From the NCBI GenBank assembly GCA_964610125.1, contig CAZSUV010000001.1:120035-184034 (forward strand): a DNA stretch of 64,000 bases. The letters run 5' to 3'. The notes beneath the pieces are model-generated. The model was not told where the DNA came from and did not search any database. It was given only the letters and a program-made list of their open reading frames with translations. A program made the translations under genes and the position numbers. Each line of letters opens with the position of its first letter. Position 1 is the stretch's first letter. Positions 20,423-29,261 of the stretch are shown piece after piece. Source of the stretch: an uncultured Candidatus Saccharibacteria bacterium (GTDB taxonomy: Bacteria > Patescibacteriota > Dojkabacteria > SC72).

Positions 20423-20547
20423 AGTGACATTTTACAATTCAGTATCTTTTTTATCAATCTTCAAAAATGTAAAGGGGATTTTCTGAAAAAAATCCTCGAC
20501 TATTTAGTTTAAATGCCTTAAACTGGATAGATATATAAACGCCCAAT

Positions 20548-21924
20548 ATGAAGAACTTCTTTATTCCAACTGAAAAGAATAAGTACAAACCATACCTCCT
20601 ACGAAAAATAGCTTTAGTTGCATATTCTGTACTTTTAATCTTTGTTAATAGCTTTGGAGGAATATTTGGTATTAATCAAGTACAGGCGAGTAACATAACG
20701 CCAAGTAATATCATTGAATTAACCAATCAGGAGAGGGCTGCAAATGGACTTAATACTCTCAAAGAGAATTCTAGCTTAGCAGCAGCCGCATTAGCAAAGG
20801 CAAATAACATGTTTGAGATCCAATATTGGGATCATTTTGGTCCTAATGGTGAGACTCCATGGCAATTCATACGTGCTGAAGGATATAACTATGTATATGC
20901 GGGAGAAAATCTTGCTAAAGGTTTTCAAACATCTGAAGGTGTACATGAAGCATGGATGGCAAGTCCAACCCATGCTGCGAATATTATGAGTGCAAATTAC
21001 AAGGATATTGGAGTCGCTGTAGTCCAAGGAACACTCCTTGGAAAGCAAACAACCCTAGTAGTCCAGATGTTCGGAAATCTTACTACAGAGGTCGCTAGTG
21101 CCACTACAGGGGGATCTAAGACTACTACTTCGGGTGGTACTGTAATCGGAACCGAACATGGGGATATAAAGAGCATAATGATTACATCACCAGTACAATC
21201 ATCAATATCTACAGACCCTAGCATAAATGTTGCGGGTGAGGTTAAAAATGCGGATGGACAGTACACAGTACAGGTATACGACCAATCCAATGTTGTAGGA
21301 GAGACATCTTCAAATACAGGAAATTGGGAATTTGACAAAGAAAGTGATTGGTCTGAAGGAACTCATGTATTAAAAGCTCAGATAAAGGGCGAAAATACAG
21401 TATCTCCTAATGTAACTTTTACTGTAGATTCTACACCACCAATTGTGGACAAAGCCTCAATCTCAGTTAAACAAAATGGAGAAAATTACGTTTTGAAATT
21501 CAATATAGATGATACTTGGGTAGATCTGAGAGTTGTTAATGGTGCTACATCAATTACTGTAACATCAGATAACAAGAAAGAAATAACCGTAGAGATACCT
21601 GTGAAAGGGTTAGGAAATAAGGTGGTTATAATGGCCACTGATGCACAGGGCAACATATCTCAATTGGATATTACAGAATATTTTAAAGATGAAGCGAGTA
21701 GTAAGGGAGCAAGTATATTTTTGAGTCTAACTAATGCAAATATTGGAGATCAGATAAGTATTGGTATTGTGGCTTTAATTTTTGTATTGTTGTGTATTGA
21801 AATTTTTGTATACTGGAAGAAAGGAAAGCTCAAGGATATAACTGGGGATTTGTTTACAGTTGGAACATGGTGGCTAATACTAACAATTGCAATATTTAAT
21901 GGGTTTACTGGTTTAATTAATTAA
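20548..21924 (+). CDS. CAP/SCP-domain membrane protein with Ig-like region
   Basis: TNQER, YWDH, AGENLA, WMASPTHAANI; beta-rich Ig-like segment; terminal TMs. Confidence 0.88.
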   Translation: MKNFFIPTEKNKYKPYLLRKIALVAYSVLLIFVNSFGGIFGINQVQASNITPSNIIELTNQERAANGLNTLKENSSLAAAALAKANNMFEIQYWDHFGPNGETPWQFIRAEGYNYVYAGENLAKGFQTSEGVHEAWMASPTHAANIMSANYKDIGVAVVQGTLLGKQTTLVVQMFGNLTTEVASATTGGSKTTTSGGTVIGTEHGDIKSIMITSPVQSSISTDPSINVAGEVKNADGQYTVQVYDQSNVVGETSSNTGNWEFDKESDWSEGTHVLKAQIKGENTVSPNVTFTVDSTPPIVDKASISVKQNGENYVLKFNIDDTWVDLRVVNGATSITVTSDNKKEITVEIPVKGLGNKVVIMATDAQGNISQLDITEYFKDEASSKGASIFLSLTNANIGDQISIGIVALIFVLLCIEIFVYWKKGKLKDITGDLFTVGTWWLILTIAIFNGFTGLIN

Positions 21925-21937
21925 AATTTACTGCCCA

Positions 21938-22735
21938 GTGAAAAAATACAGGTTAAAGGTACAAAACGATATCATATATCTATTTATACTCCTCGCTATA
22001 ACGGAGTTTTTTAACTATCTCGTCCTAAATACAAGAGGCGCTGGACTAATGATAACGGCTGGGTTAGGAATTCTACTTTTAGAAACATGGTTCATACGTA
22101 CATTTAGCCTCTATTCAGGAAAAAAGATATCAAAATACAGTGATGTTTTAGTTAGAATTTCATTGAAAGATAGATTCTTTAGCTATTTTGTCCTTCCTCT
22201 GATATTTTACATATCAATTTTGGCATTTTTGTATTTCAACAGGAATCTGCTTTTAGGGCATGTGGTTTTAGGAATCTGTATGATACTTTTCTTAGTACTA
22301 TTCTTAAATGTAAAAAGCTCTTTAAACAAGATATATTCAGTTGCCAATGCAACAAGAACAATATTTGATTTCATCTGTATAACCATTCTATACCTACTGA
22401 CCAATATTTTTGTAAGAGTAGGGTTGTCGATGATGATCTTTGCTTTAATACTATTTGTGACCTCTTTTGTACTCCTCCTCTTCTCATTAAAACTACATAG
22501 GAAACTTGGATTAATGGAAATCTTTGTTTCCCTACTAAGTTCAGTATTCATATCCTGTTTTACAATCATATTCTGGAGTACCAATATCTTCGTAATCCCA
22601 CTTGTTGCAGCATTAGGTTTCTACCTGGTCATATCAATATGGAATATCCGATTCTCTGGAAAAATACATTTGGTTGATTACTTCTTACCAATTTTGTACG
22701 TGATTCTAGCTTTAATCTTAATTCTTACAATTTAA
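21938..22735 (+). CDS. polytopic membrane protein
   Basis: About 8-9 hydrophobic segments; operonic with neighbours. Confidence 0.8.
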   Translation: MKKYRLKVQNDIIYLFILLAITEFFNYLVLNTRGAGLMITAGLGILLLETWFIRTFSLYSGKKISKYSDVLVRISLKDRFFSYFVLPLIFYISILAFLYFNRNLLLGHVVLGICMILFLVLFLNVKSSLNKIYSVANATRTIFDFICITILYLLTNIFVRVGLSMMIFALILFVTSFVLLLFSLKLHRKLGLMEIFVSLLSSVFISCFTIIFWSTNIFVIPLVAALGFYLVISIWNIRFSGKIHLVDYFLPILYVILALILILTI

Positions 22736-23436
22736 TGTCAAAAAGAATCGTAGTGAAGATCGGGGGTTCAGTACTTTACGATGCTAATCTAGACATCAAT
22801 TTCTCAGTATTAAAGAAATTTAAAGATTGGTATATTCAACACAAAGAGGAATATGAAAAGATAGTTATAGTTACAGGTGGAGGAATGCTCTCAAGAGAAA
22901 TACAGAAGAAAATTGAAGGATCTATTACAGAGAAGGAATATCAGCATAATATTGCTATGTCCATTACCCAAACTAATGCGGCAATAATACAGGGATATCT
23001 TGAGGATACAGATTCATATATTCCTAAAAGATTAGGAGATGCATACGAATTCCTAAGTGAAGAGAAGAATAGGACATTGATAAGTGGTGGATTGAAGATT
23101 GGATGGAGTACTGATATGGATGCGGCTATATTCGCAGATATGCTGGATGTAGATACGGTATACAAGATTTCAAATATTGATCATGTATATGATGTAGATC
23201 CGAGAGATAATCCTAATGCGAAGCCATTTGATGATTTAACGTGGGTTGAATATTCTGGTTTGTTCAATATCACAGATGATGTTAATCATGAAGCAAACAA
23301 AAATATTCCAATTGATGTAACTTGCGCAAAGTTTTGCTTAAAAAAAGGAATATCATTCTTTATATGTGGGGGAGATGCGTTAAGAGAAAAGTCTACAGTA
23401 GAAGAGATTCTTCAAACAGGGACATTAATACATTAA
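22735..23436 (+). CDS. pyrH: UMP kinase, archaeal-type
   Basis: VVKIGGS, VTGGG..R, GG..GWSTD, VYDVDP; amino-acid-kinase fold. Confidence 0.85.
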   Translation: MSKRIVVKIGGSVLYDANLDINFSVLKKFKDWYIQHKEEYEKIVIVTGGGMLSREIQKKIEGSITEKEYQHNIAMSITQTNAAIIQGYLEDTDSYIPKRLGDAYEFLSEEKNRTLISGGLKIGWSTDMDAAIFADMLDVDTVYKISNIDHVYDVDPRDNPNAKPFDDLTWVEYSGLFNITDDVNHEANKNIPIDVTCAKFCLKKGISFFICGGDALREKSTVEEILQTGTLIH

Positions 23437-23891
23437 GCAATAGCTTCAATGGTATATTCTGTTGCACCCTTAGGGGTAGTAATTGTAACTTTGGAGTTTA
23501 ATTTTTTACCCATGATAGCTTGCCCGATTGGAGATAGGTGAGAAATCTTCCCTTCTAATGGGTTAGCTTCTTCCTCTCCGGTGATTTCATACTTTACAGA
23601 TTTCCCATTTTTTAATGTTACAGTGTCTCCAAGTCCAACGACACTCTTGTTCTTGTCTTTTACCACTTTTGCAGTTCTAATTTTCTCCTTTAACTCAAGA
23701 ATTCTTTCTTCGTTTACATATTGATTTTCAAGAGCCATAGCATAGCCGTCGTTCTCCTTTAAATCTCCTTGATTGCGCATTTCATTGATTGTATCTGCAA
23801 TCTTTGCTCTAAGCTCAGTTTCTCGTTTGATGAGCTCATTTTTTAACTTTTTAAAACCGGACAGTGTTGTTTGGTATATGTTTTCTTTCAT
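23433..23891 (-). CDS. greA: transcription elongation factor GreA
   Basis: QGDLKENDGY tip, EANPLEGKISHLSPIGQAIMGK. Confidence 0.9.
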   Translation of the reverse strand: MKENIYQTTLSGFKKLKNELIKRETELRAKIADTINEMRNQGDLKENDGYAMALENQYVNEERILELKEKIRTAKVVKDKNKSVVGLGDTVTLKNGKSVKYEITGEEEANPLEGKISHLSPIGQAIMGKKLNSKVTITTPKGATEYTIEAIA

Positions 23892-23996
23892 ATATCCCGG
23901 TATTTAATTTAGTAACGGAACATATTAATATTATAGGAGAAAGAAGTCAATAGATACAAAATATACCCAGTTTATGATAGAATTACAGCCAGAAAT

Positions 23997-24071
23997 GCCG
24001 CTATCGTCTAACGGTTAGGACATATGATTCTCAATCATACAACCGGGGTCCGATTCCCCGTAGCGGTACCA
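23997..24071 (+). tRNA. tRNA-Glu(CTC), CCA encoded
   Basis: GCCGCTA/TAGCGGT acceptor, TATGA-TTCTCAA-TCATA anticodon arm, CGGGG-TCCGATT-CCCCG T-arm. Confidence 0.93.
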
Positions 24072-24092
24072 TAATATTTTAATATTTCCTCA

Positions 24093-24728
24093 ATGGCAAA
24101 GGTCTTTAATATAACAACATCTAAGGATGAAAAGGTTATTGGATTCTACAACCAGGCAATGAAGGAATTATGCGAATTCTATGATATTCAATGGTATGAA
24201 AATACACCTTTAGTTCATATTGTGCCGGATAGGAAGACATTTGACGATCTATGGGGTGAAAAAACTGAAAATTGGGTTGTTGGAGATACAATGGGAACTA
24301 ATCGAATTTTGTATATTCTCTCTCCTGATGTCTATGAGAAGGACAGTATTCATAAATATTCGGATAAAGAATATCTTGGATTAATAAAACATGAATTAAG
24401 TCATCTGTTTTGTCAGATACTATTTGATAGCTTTGAGCCACTTTGGTTTACAGAGGGTATTGCTGTATATACGTCAGGGCAATTAGAGAGATATGAAAAA
24501 CCAATGGAATTTTCTAAGTTTCTAGAATTCTTTGATACACTTGGTGATGAAGCATATAGCCAAGCTGGATTTGCAGTTGAAATATTAGTAAAGAAAATAG
24601 GTAGGGAAAAATTCTTAAAAGCATTAGGAGATATTAAAACTCCAGTAACAAAGAAATTTTTCGAAGAATATTTCAAAAAGAATTTTGATATAGAATTAAG
24701 TTATAAATGGTTTAATGAAAATCTATGA
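24093..24728 (+). CDS. peptidase MA-like (gluzincin) protein
   Basis: HELSH plus PLWFTEGIA third-ligand motif. Confidence 0.8.
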   Translation: MAKVFNITTSKDEKVIGFYNQAMKELCEFYDIQWYENTPLVHIVPDRKTFDDLWGEKTENWVVGDTMGTNRILYILSPDVYEKDSIHKYSDKEYLGLIKHELSHLFCQILFDSFEPLWFTEGIAVYTSGQLERYEKPMEFSKFLEFFDTLGDEAYSQAGFAVEILVKKIGREKFLKALGDIKTPVTKKFFEEYFKKNFDIELSYKWFNENL

Positions 24729-25381
24729 AATTCGATATCATAACAATCTTCCCTGAAATAATAGAAGAATATATAAACAAAGGAATAGTCAGTATAGCCA
24801 GAGAAAAAGGATTGGTAGAAATTAACGTACATAACCTAAGAGATTGGACAGAAGACAATCATAAGACAGTAGATGATACCCCATGTGGAGGTGGACCAGG
24901 AATGGTACTAAAAGTAGAACCCATATACAGAGCAATACAGGATTTAAAGCAAGAAAATACCATCGTAGCAATAACTACACCTAAAGGAGAAAAATTAGTA
25001 CAAAGTAAATTGAAAGATTTTTCAACCCAATCAGATTTACACATGATTATACTCTGTGGAAGATATGAAGGCTTTGATCAAAGAATACATGACAATCTAG
25101 TAGACTATGAATTCTCAATAGGGGATTATGTACTCTCTGGCGGAGAATTAGCATCCTTAGTATTAGTAGATGGAATTACAAGGTTATTCCCAGGAGTATT
25201 AGGTAATGAAGAATCCTTAAGCGAAGAGTCATTTAATGATGGAGAGACATTGGATTATCCCCAATATACCAGGCCAATAGAATTTAATGGCTGGAAAGTG
25301 CCTGATGTCTTGCTTTCGGGGAATCATGAAGAAATTAAAAAATGGAGAGTCTCTCAAAAGCCTCTAATAGGTAAGAATTAG
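24725..25381 (+). CDS. trmD: tRNA (guanine37-N1)-methyltransferase
   Basis: VDD.P.GGGPGM, CGRYEGFDQR, SIGDYVLSGGE, PQYTRP. Confidence 0.98.
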   Translation: MKFDIITIFPEIIEEYINKGIVSIAREKGLVEINVHNLRDWTEDNHKTVDDTPCGGGPGMVLKVEPIYRAIQDLKQENTIVAITTPKGEKLVQSKLKDFSTQSDLHMIILCGRYEGFDQRIHDNLVDYEFSIGDYVLSGGELASLVLVDGITRLFPGVLGNEESLSEESFNDGETLDYPQYTRPIEFNGWKVPDVLLSGNHEEIKKWRVSQKPLIGKN

Positions 25382-25451
25382 GGCTATATTACATAATGTT
25401 TCCATAGACTATATAATATACTATAGAGTTGTAAATTAATGACCAAAGATT

Positions 25452-25916
25452 ATGAAAGAAAAAATATTACTGACCAAAGAAAAGAAAGAAGCCTTAGAAT
25501 TAGAATTGAAGAACTTAGTTGAAGTTAAGAAGCCCGAACTATCTGCTGCGTTAGCCTTAGCTAGGCAAAATGATCTTAGTGAAGATACTGATGATTTAAG
25601 CGTAATGCTTGAGGACAAAGAAACAATAGATGAAAGAATAGAGGAATTAAAAAAATTAATTGCGAATTCGAAAGTCATTGAGAAGAAAGCATGCAATCCT
25701 AACTTTGTTGGTGTTGGAACTGAAATAAAGGCTGAATTCAATGGTAAAGTGCAGAATCTGAAATTGGTTTCTACATTAGAATCTGATCCTCTTAAGGGAT
25801 ATATTTCTGAGGGTTCACCATTAGGAAAAGCATTGTTAAAAGCTCAGGTTGGCAAAACCATAGACTTTAAGGTTAAAGGAAGAAAATTTGAATACAAGAT
25901 ATTAGAGATTTGCTAA
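25452..25916 (+). CDS. second GreA/GreB-family factor
   Basis: QNDLSEDTDDL tip, ESDPLKGYISEGSPLGKALL. Confidence 0.88.
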   Translation: MKEKILLTKEKKEALELELKNLVEVKKPELSAALALARQNDLSEDTDDLSVMLEDKETIDERIEELKKLIANSKVIEKKACNPNFVGVGTEIKAEFNGKVQNLKLVSTLESDPLKGYISEGSPLGKALLKAQVGKTIDFKVKGRKFEYKILEIC

Positions 25917-27185
25917 ATCTTCAATCTTAACTCTTTCTTGCTTCATTGTATCTCTGTCTCTTACTGTTACAGTATTATCTTCTAATGTCTGGTAATCTAC
26001 GGTTATACAGTATGGTGTACCGATTTCATCCTGATATCGATATCGCTTACCAATATTTCCTCTTGCATCCCATACAACCTTTTTGGTATCCGAAAGTTTT
26101 TCAAAGATTTCTCTAGCTTTGTTAACGATTTCTTCTTTGTTAGAGACCAATGGGAATACTGCAGCTTTGTATGCAGCTATTTCAGGATTAATCTTTAATA
26201 TTGTTCGTATTTCACCATTCTCCAATGTCTCTTCCTCGTATGAATCCAAGAGTAAGAACAAGAATGTCCTATCCACACCACCTGAAGTCTCAACAATATT
26301 TGGAATATATTTCTCTCCAGTTTGAGGATCAACATATGAAAGATCTTTCCCAGAGAACTTACTGTGTTGCGTGAGATCGTAATCAGCTCTCCAGTGGATA
26401 CCTTCATTTTCTGCCCATCCCCATGGTGCTAGATATTCAACATCAAATGCTTTTTTAGCATAGAAGACCAATTTCTCCTTAGGATGTTCAAAGAATCTAA
26501 GATTCTCATGCTTTCGGTACAATTTCTTGTAGAAGTTCATTCTTTCTTCCTTCCAATATTCAAAAGATTTTTCCATATCATTTGGATGCACAAAGTACTG
26601 CATATCCCACTGTTCAAATTCTCTAGTTCTAAATGTGAATTTGTTAGGAGTGATTTCATTTCTAAAAGCTTTACCAATCTGTGCAATACCAAAAGGAATT
26701 TGCTGTCTTGTAGAATCAACAACATTCTTGAAATCAAGATATATTGTTTGACATGCTTCACCTCTTAAATATGCAGTTGCTTTCTCTCCTTCGATGACAC
26801 CAACTTCTGTTTTGAAAAGAATATTATATTTTCTTGGTTCTGTGAAATCAGTACCACCACATTTTGGACATTTTCCTTCAATATCCTCAGGTCTAAATCG
26901 TGCATGACATTTTTTACATTCTATAGATTCATCTGCAAAGTTTTGAACATGACCAGATGCTTCCCATACCTTAGGGTGGGTGATAATGGTACCATCAATA
27001 CCGACGACATTTTCTCGTTTGTCGACCATATTCTTCCACCAATATCTTTTGAGATTGTTTTTCATCTCTACACCTACAGGACCATAGTCATAGAATCCTC
27101 CTATACCGCCATATATTTCAGAGTTTTGAAATATAATACCTCTTCTTTTACTGAGGGATGTGACTTTTTGTAGAAGATCTTCCAT
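25902..27185 (-). CDS. glyQS: glycine--tRNA ligase (alpha2 type)
   Basis: EIYGG..DYGP.G, AQIGKAFRNEITP, FRTREFEQ, GKRYRYQDEIGTP; ATG 27185 preferred. Confidence 0.96.
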   Translation of the reverse strand: MEDLLQKVTSLSKRRGIIFQNSEIYGGIGGFYDYGPVGVEMKNNLKRYWWKNMVDKRENVVGIDGTIITHPKVWEASGHVQNFADESIECKKCHARFRPEDIEGKCPKCGGTDFTEPRKYNILFKTEVGVIEGEKATAYLRGEACQTIYLDFKNVVDSTRQQIPFGIAQIGKAFRNEITPNKFTFRTREFEQWDMQYFVHPNDMEKSFEYWKEERMNFYKKLYRKHENLRFFEHPKEKLVFYAKKAFDVEYLAPWGWAENEGIHWRADYDLTQHSKFSGKDLSYVDPQTGEKYIPNIVETSGGVDRTFLFLLLDSYEEETLENGEIRTILKINPEIAAYKAAVFPLVSNKEEIVNKAREIFEKLSDTKKVVWDARGNIGKRYRYQDEIGTPYCITVDYQTLEDNTVTVRDRDTMKQERVKIEDLANL

Positions 27186-27293
27186 AGGTCGAAAGATGAA
27201 ATTAATATTCATGATTATATCTTAAAATCTTGTGTAAGGACAGATTATTTATATGATATAATCCTACTATCTTAAATTATATGATTCGTTCCC

Positions 27294-28838
27294 ATGGAGG
27301 ATACACAAAGGAGTGACATGCTCGGGCAAAGACAAGTAAGATTAGAGAAGATCGAAGCACTCAAGAAGCTAGGTGTGGAGATATATCCTGCGAAGTCATA
27401 TAAACAATTCCACAATGGAGAAATATTAAACAATTTTGAGAAATATGAAGGGCAAGAAGTTTGTCTTGATGGTAGAGTAGTAGCTTGGAGAGAGCATGGC
27501 CAGCTTTTGTTTGGAAATATTATGGATCAAACTGGAACTATCCAGATTATGATTAGAGAAAATGAATTGGTGGAAGACCTTGCAAAAGGATATTTGGGAT
27601 TTGATAAACTTACACTCTTGGATTTAGCAGATTTTGTAGAAGTATATGGCACAATTGGTAAAACTCGAACAGGTGAAATCTCTGTTATGGTTAAAAACAT
27701 TAGATTACTAACTAAAGCATTAAGACCAATCCCACGAAAATTAGAAAATAAAGAACAGATATTTAGAAGAAGATACCTAGATTTAACTGTTGAACCAGAA
27801 AGAATAAAGTTGTTTGAAAGAAAAGCAAAGTTCTGGCAGGTACAGAGAGATTTACTTAGAGCTGAAGGGTTCTTGGAAGTGGAAGTTCCAGTATTGGAAG
27901 CTGTAACTGGTGGAGCTGATGCTGCACCTTTCATTACACATCACAATGCATTGAACCAAGATTTCTACCTTAGAATCTCTACAGAATTGTATCAAAAGAG
28001 ATTAATAGGTGGTGGTTTTGAGAAGGTATATACATTAGGTCCTAACTTCAGAAATGAGGGTATGGATGATGAGCATCTTCAAGAATACTACCAGTTGGAA
28101 TGGTATTGGGGATATGCAAACTACAGAGACAATATGGATTTGGTAAGAAGATTGTTCTTGGAGATTGCTAACAAGGTATATGGCAGAACCAAGTTTACAA
28201 CCAGAGGTCACACTTTTGATTTGGCTGATGAGTGGAAGGAGATTGATTACACAACTGTTATAAAGGAAAGATTTGATATTGATATCTTTAATGATTCGGA
28301 TGAGAAGATGTTAAAGGCGATTAATGATAATCATATTGAAATGGGTGGAGAGGTTAACAGGAATAGAATGATTGATACGCTTTGGAAATCAATCAGAGCT
28401 ACTATATCTGGTCCTGCATATTTAGTTAACCAACCTAAGATTATTTCACCTTTAGCAAAATCACATAAGGATAATCCTGAACTAACAGAGAGATTCCAAG
28501 TGGTTATAGCTGGTAGCGAATTAGGTAATGGGTATTCTGAGATTAATGATCCTCAAGATCAGTTAGATAGGTTCTTGGAGCAACAGGCTTTGAGAGAGAG
28601 TGGGGATGATGAAGCTCAGATGTTAGATATTGATTTTGTAGAGATGTTGGAATATGGCATGCCTCCTGTAAGTGGATGGGGTCATAGTGAAAGAGTATTC
28701 TGGTTTATGGAGGATATTTCTGGTAGAGAGGGTACTTTCTTCCCACAGATGAGAATAGAGGTAGAGAATACTACAAAGGAGATATACAAGGACAAAGTCA
28801 AATTCAAGGAAACTGTTAAGAAAGAGGAGAAGAAATAG
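27294..28838 (+). CDS. lysS: lysine--tRNA ligase (class II)
   Basis: RRRYLDL, GGADAAPF.THHNAL, FRNEG, ELGNGYSE.NDP, YGMPP. Confidence 0.98.
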   Translation: MEDTQRSDMLGQRQVRLEKIEALKKLGVEIYPAKSYKQFHNGEILNNFEKYEGQEVCLDGRVVAWREHGQLLFGNIMDQTGTIQIMIRENELVEDLAKGYLGFDKLTLLDLADFVEVYGTIGKTRTGEISVMVKNIRLLTKALRPIPRKLENKEQIFRRRYLDLTVEPERIKLFERKAKFWQVQRDLLRAEGFLEVEVPVLEAVTGGADAAPFITHHNALNQDFYLRISTELYQKRLIGGGFEKVYTLGPNFRNEGMDDEHLQEYYQLEWYWGYANYRDNMDLVRRLFLEIANKVYGRTKFTTRGHTFDLADEWKEIDYTTVIKERFDIDIFNDSDEKMLKAINDNHIEMGGEVNRNRMIDTLWKSIRATISGPAYLVNQPKIISPLAKSHKDNPELTERFQVVIAGSELGNGYSEINDPQDQLDRFLEQQALRESGDDEAQMLDIDFVEMLEYGMPPVSGWGHSERVFWFMEDISGREGTFFPQMRIEVENTTKEIYKDKVKFKETVKKEEKK

Positions 28839-28930
28839 CTCAAAACTTCAACCAAATCTAATTCTTTTATGTGCATCTCTTTCGAGAAAAACAGCACAAA
28901 CGTGCAGAATTAGAGTTGGGCTATATCCGA

Positions 28931-29001
28931 TGGGCACGATAGGGTTTACACCTAAACATGGCGATTATCAGTCGCTTGCTCCGTAGTTGAGCTTCGTGCC
29001 C
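28931..29001 (-). other. tRNA-Ile(GAT)-like cloverleaf, non-canonical
   Basis: GGGCACG AA GCTC AACTACG GAGC A AGCGA CTGATAA TCGCC ATGT TTAGG TGTAAAC CCTAT CGTGCCC A; canonical spacing but no U8, D-loop GG, TTC or CCA. Confidence 0.7.
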
Positions 29002-29013
29002 CCGAACAAAAAG

Positions 29014-29096
29014 TGGTGCATGTGTTATGGGATTAGAACCCTACCGTCTCCGTTGTCCGCTTGAGAGCGATGCCAATTGCATAGGCTACACATTGC
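29014..29096 (-). other. class II (long variable arm) tRNA-like cloverleaf ending in ACCA
   Basis: GCAATGTG/CACATGC acceptor with bulge, GCC/GGC D-stem, CGC-TCTCAA-GCG arm, CG-GAGA-CG variable arm, GGG-TTCTAAT-CCC T-arm. Confidence 0.55.
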
Positions 29097-29195
29097 ACCA
29101 TAAAGTGATATCTACTTGATCTAACCACGCTCATAGGGAGCTGGGTAGATATACTACAAAATTTGAAAAGAACAATTACATTTAATAACAAAGAA

Positions 29196-29224
29196 ATTAT
29201 AATATAACAATTTCTATCGGTCAA
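29196..29224 (-). promoter_or_regulatory. sigma70 promoter for the candidate ncRNA, overlapping a plus-strand TATAAT
   Basis: Minus strand TTGACC (29224-29219), 17 nt, TATAAT (29201-29196); plus-strand TATAAT at 29198-29203. Confidence 0.75.
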
Positions 29225-29261
29225 TCTAAAACAATACATCTATTTCTGATATCATTAACAT

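Larger units (their letters stand above)
28852..29189 (-). ncRNA. candidate ~340-nt structured RNA with four multibranch domains, two tRNA-shaped
   Basis: GC-elevated intergenic with four closing stems (29104-29155, 29014-29100, 28931-29001, 28852-28919); GAAA/GAGA loops on the minus strand; upstream promoter. Confidence 0.7.

Noticed and set aside
28905-28930. GAUAUAGCCCAAC resembles the group I intron S element
   Set aside because: No matching R/P7 partner, no P/Q elements and no interrupted gene
28852-29189. tmRNA, SRP, 6S or T-box identity for the structured region
   Set aside because: No tmRNA termini or tag ORF, no SRP domain IV loop, not a single rod, no T-box sequence, and not upstream of a synthetase
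28682-29239. Minus-strand ORFs 28682..28897 and 29033..29239
   Set aside because: One overlaps lysS, the other starts upstream of the promoter and runs through RNA stems; no protein motifs
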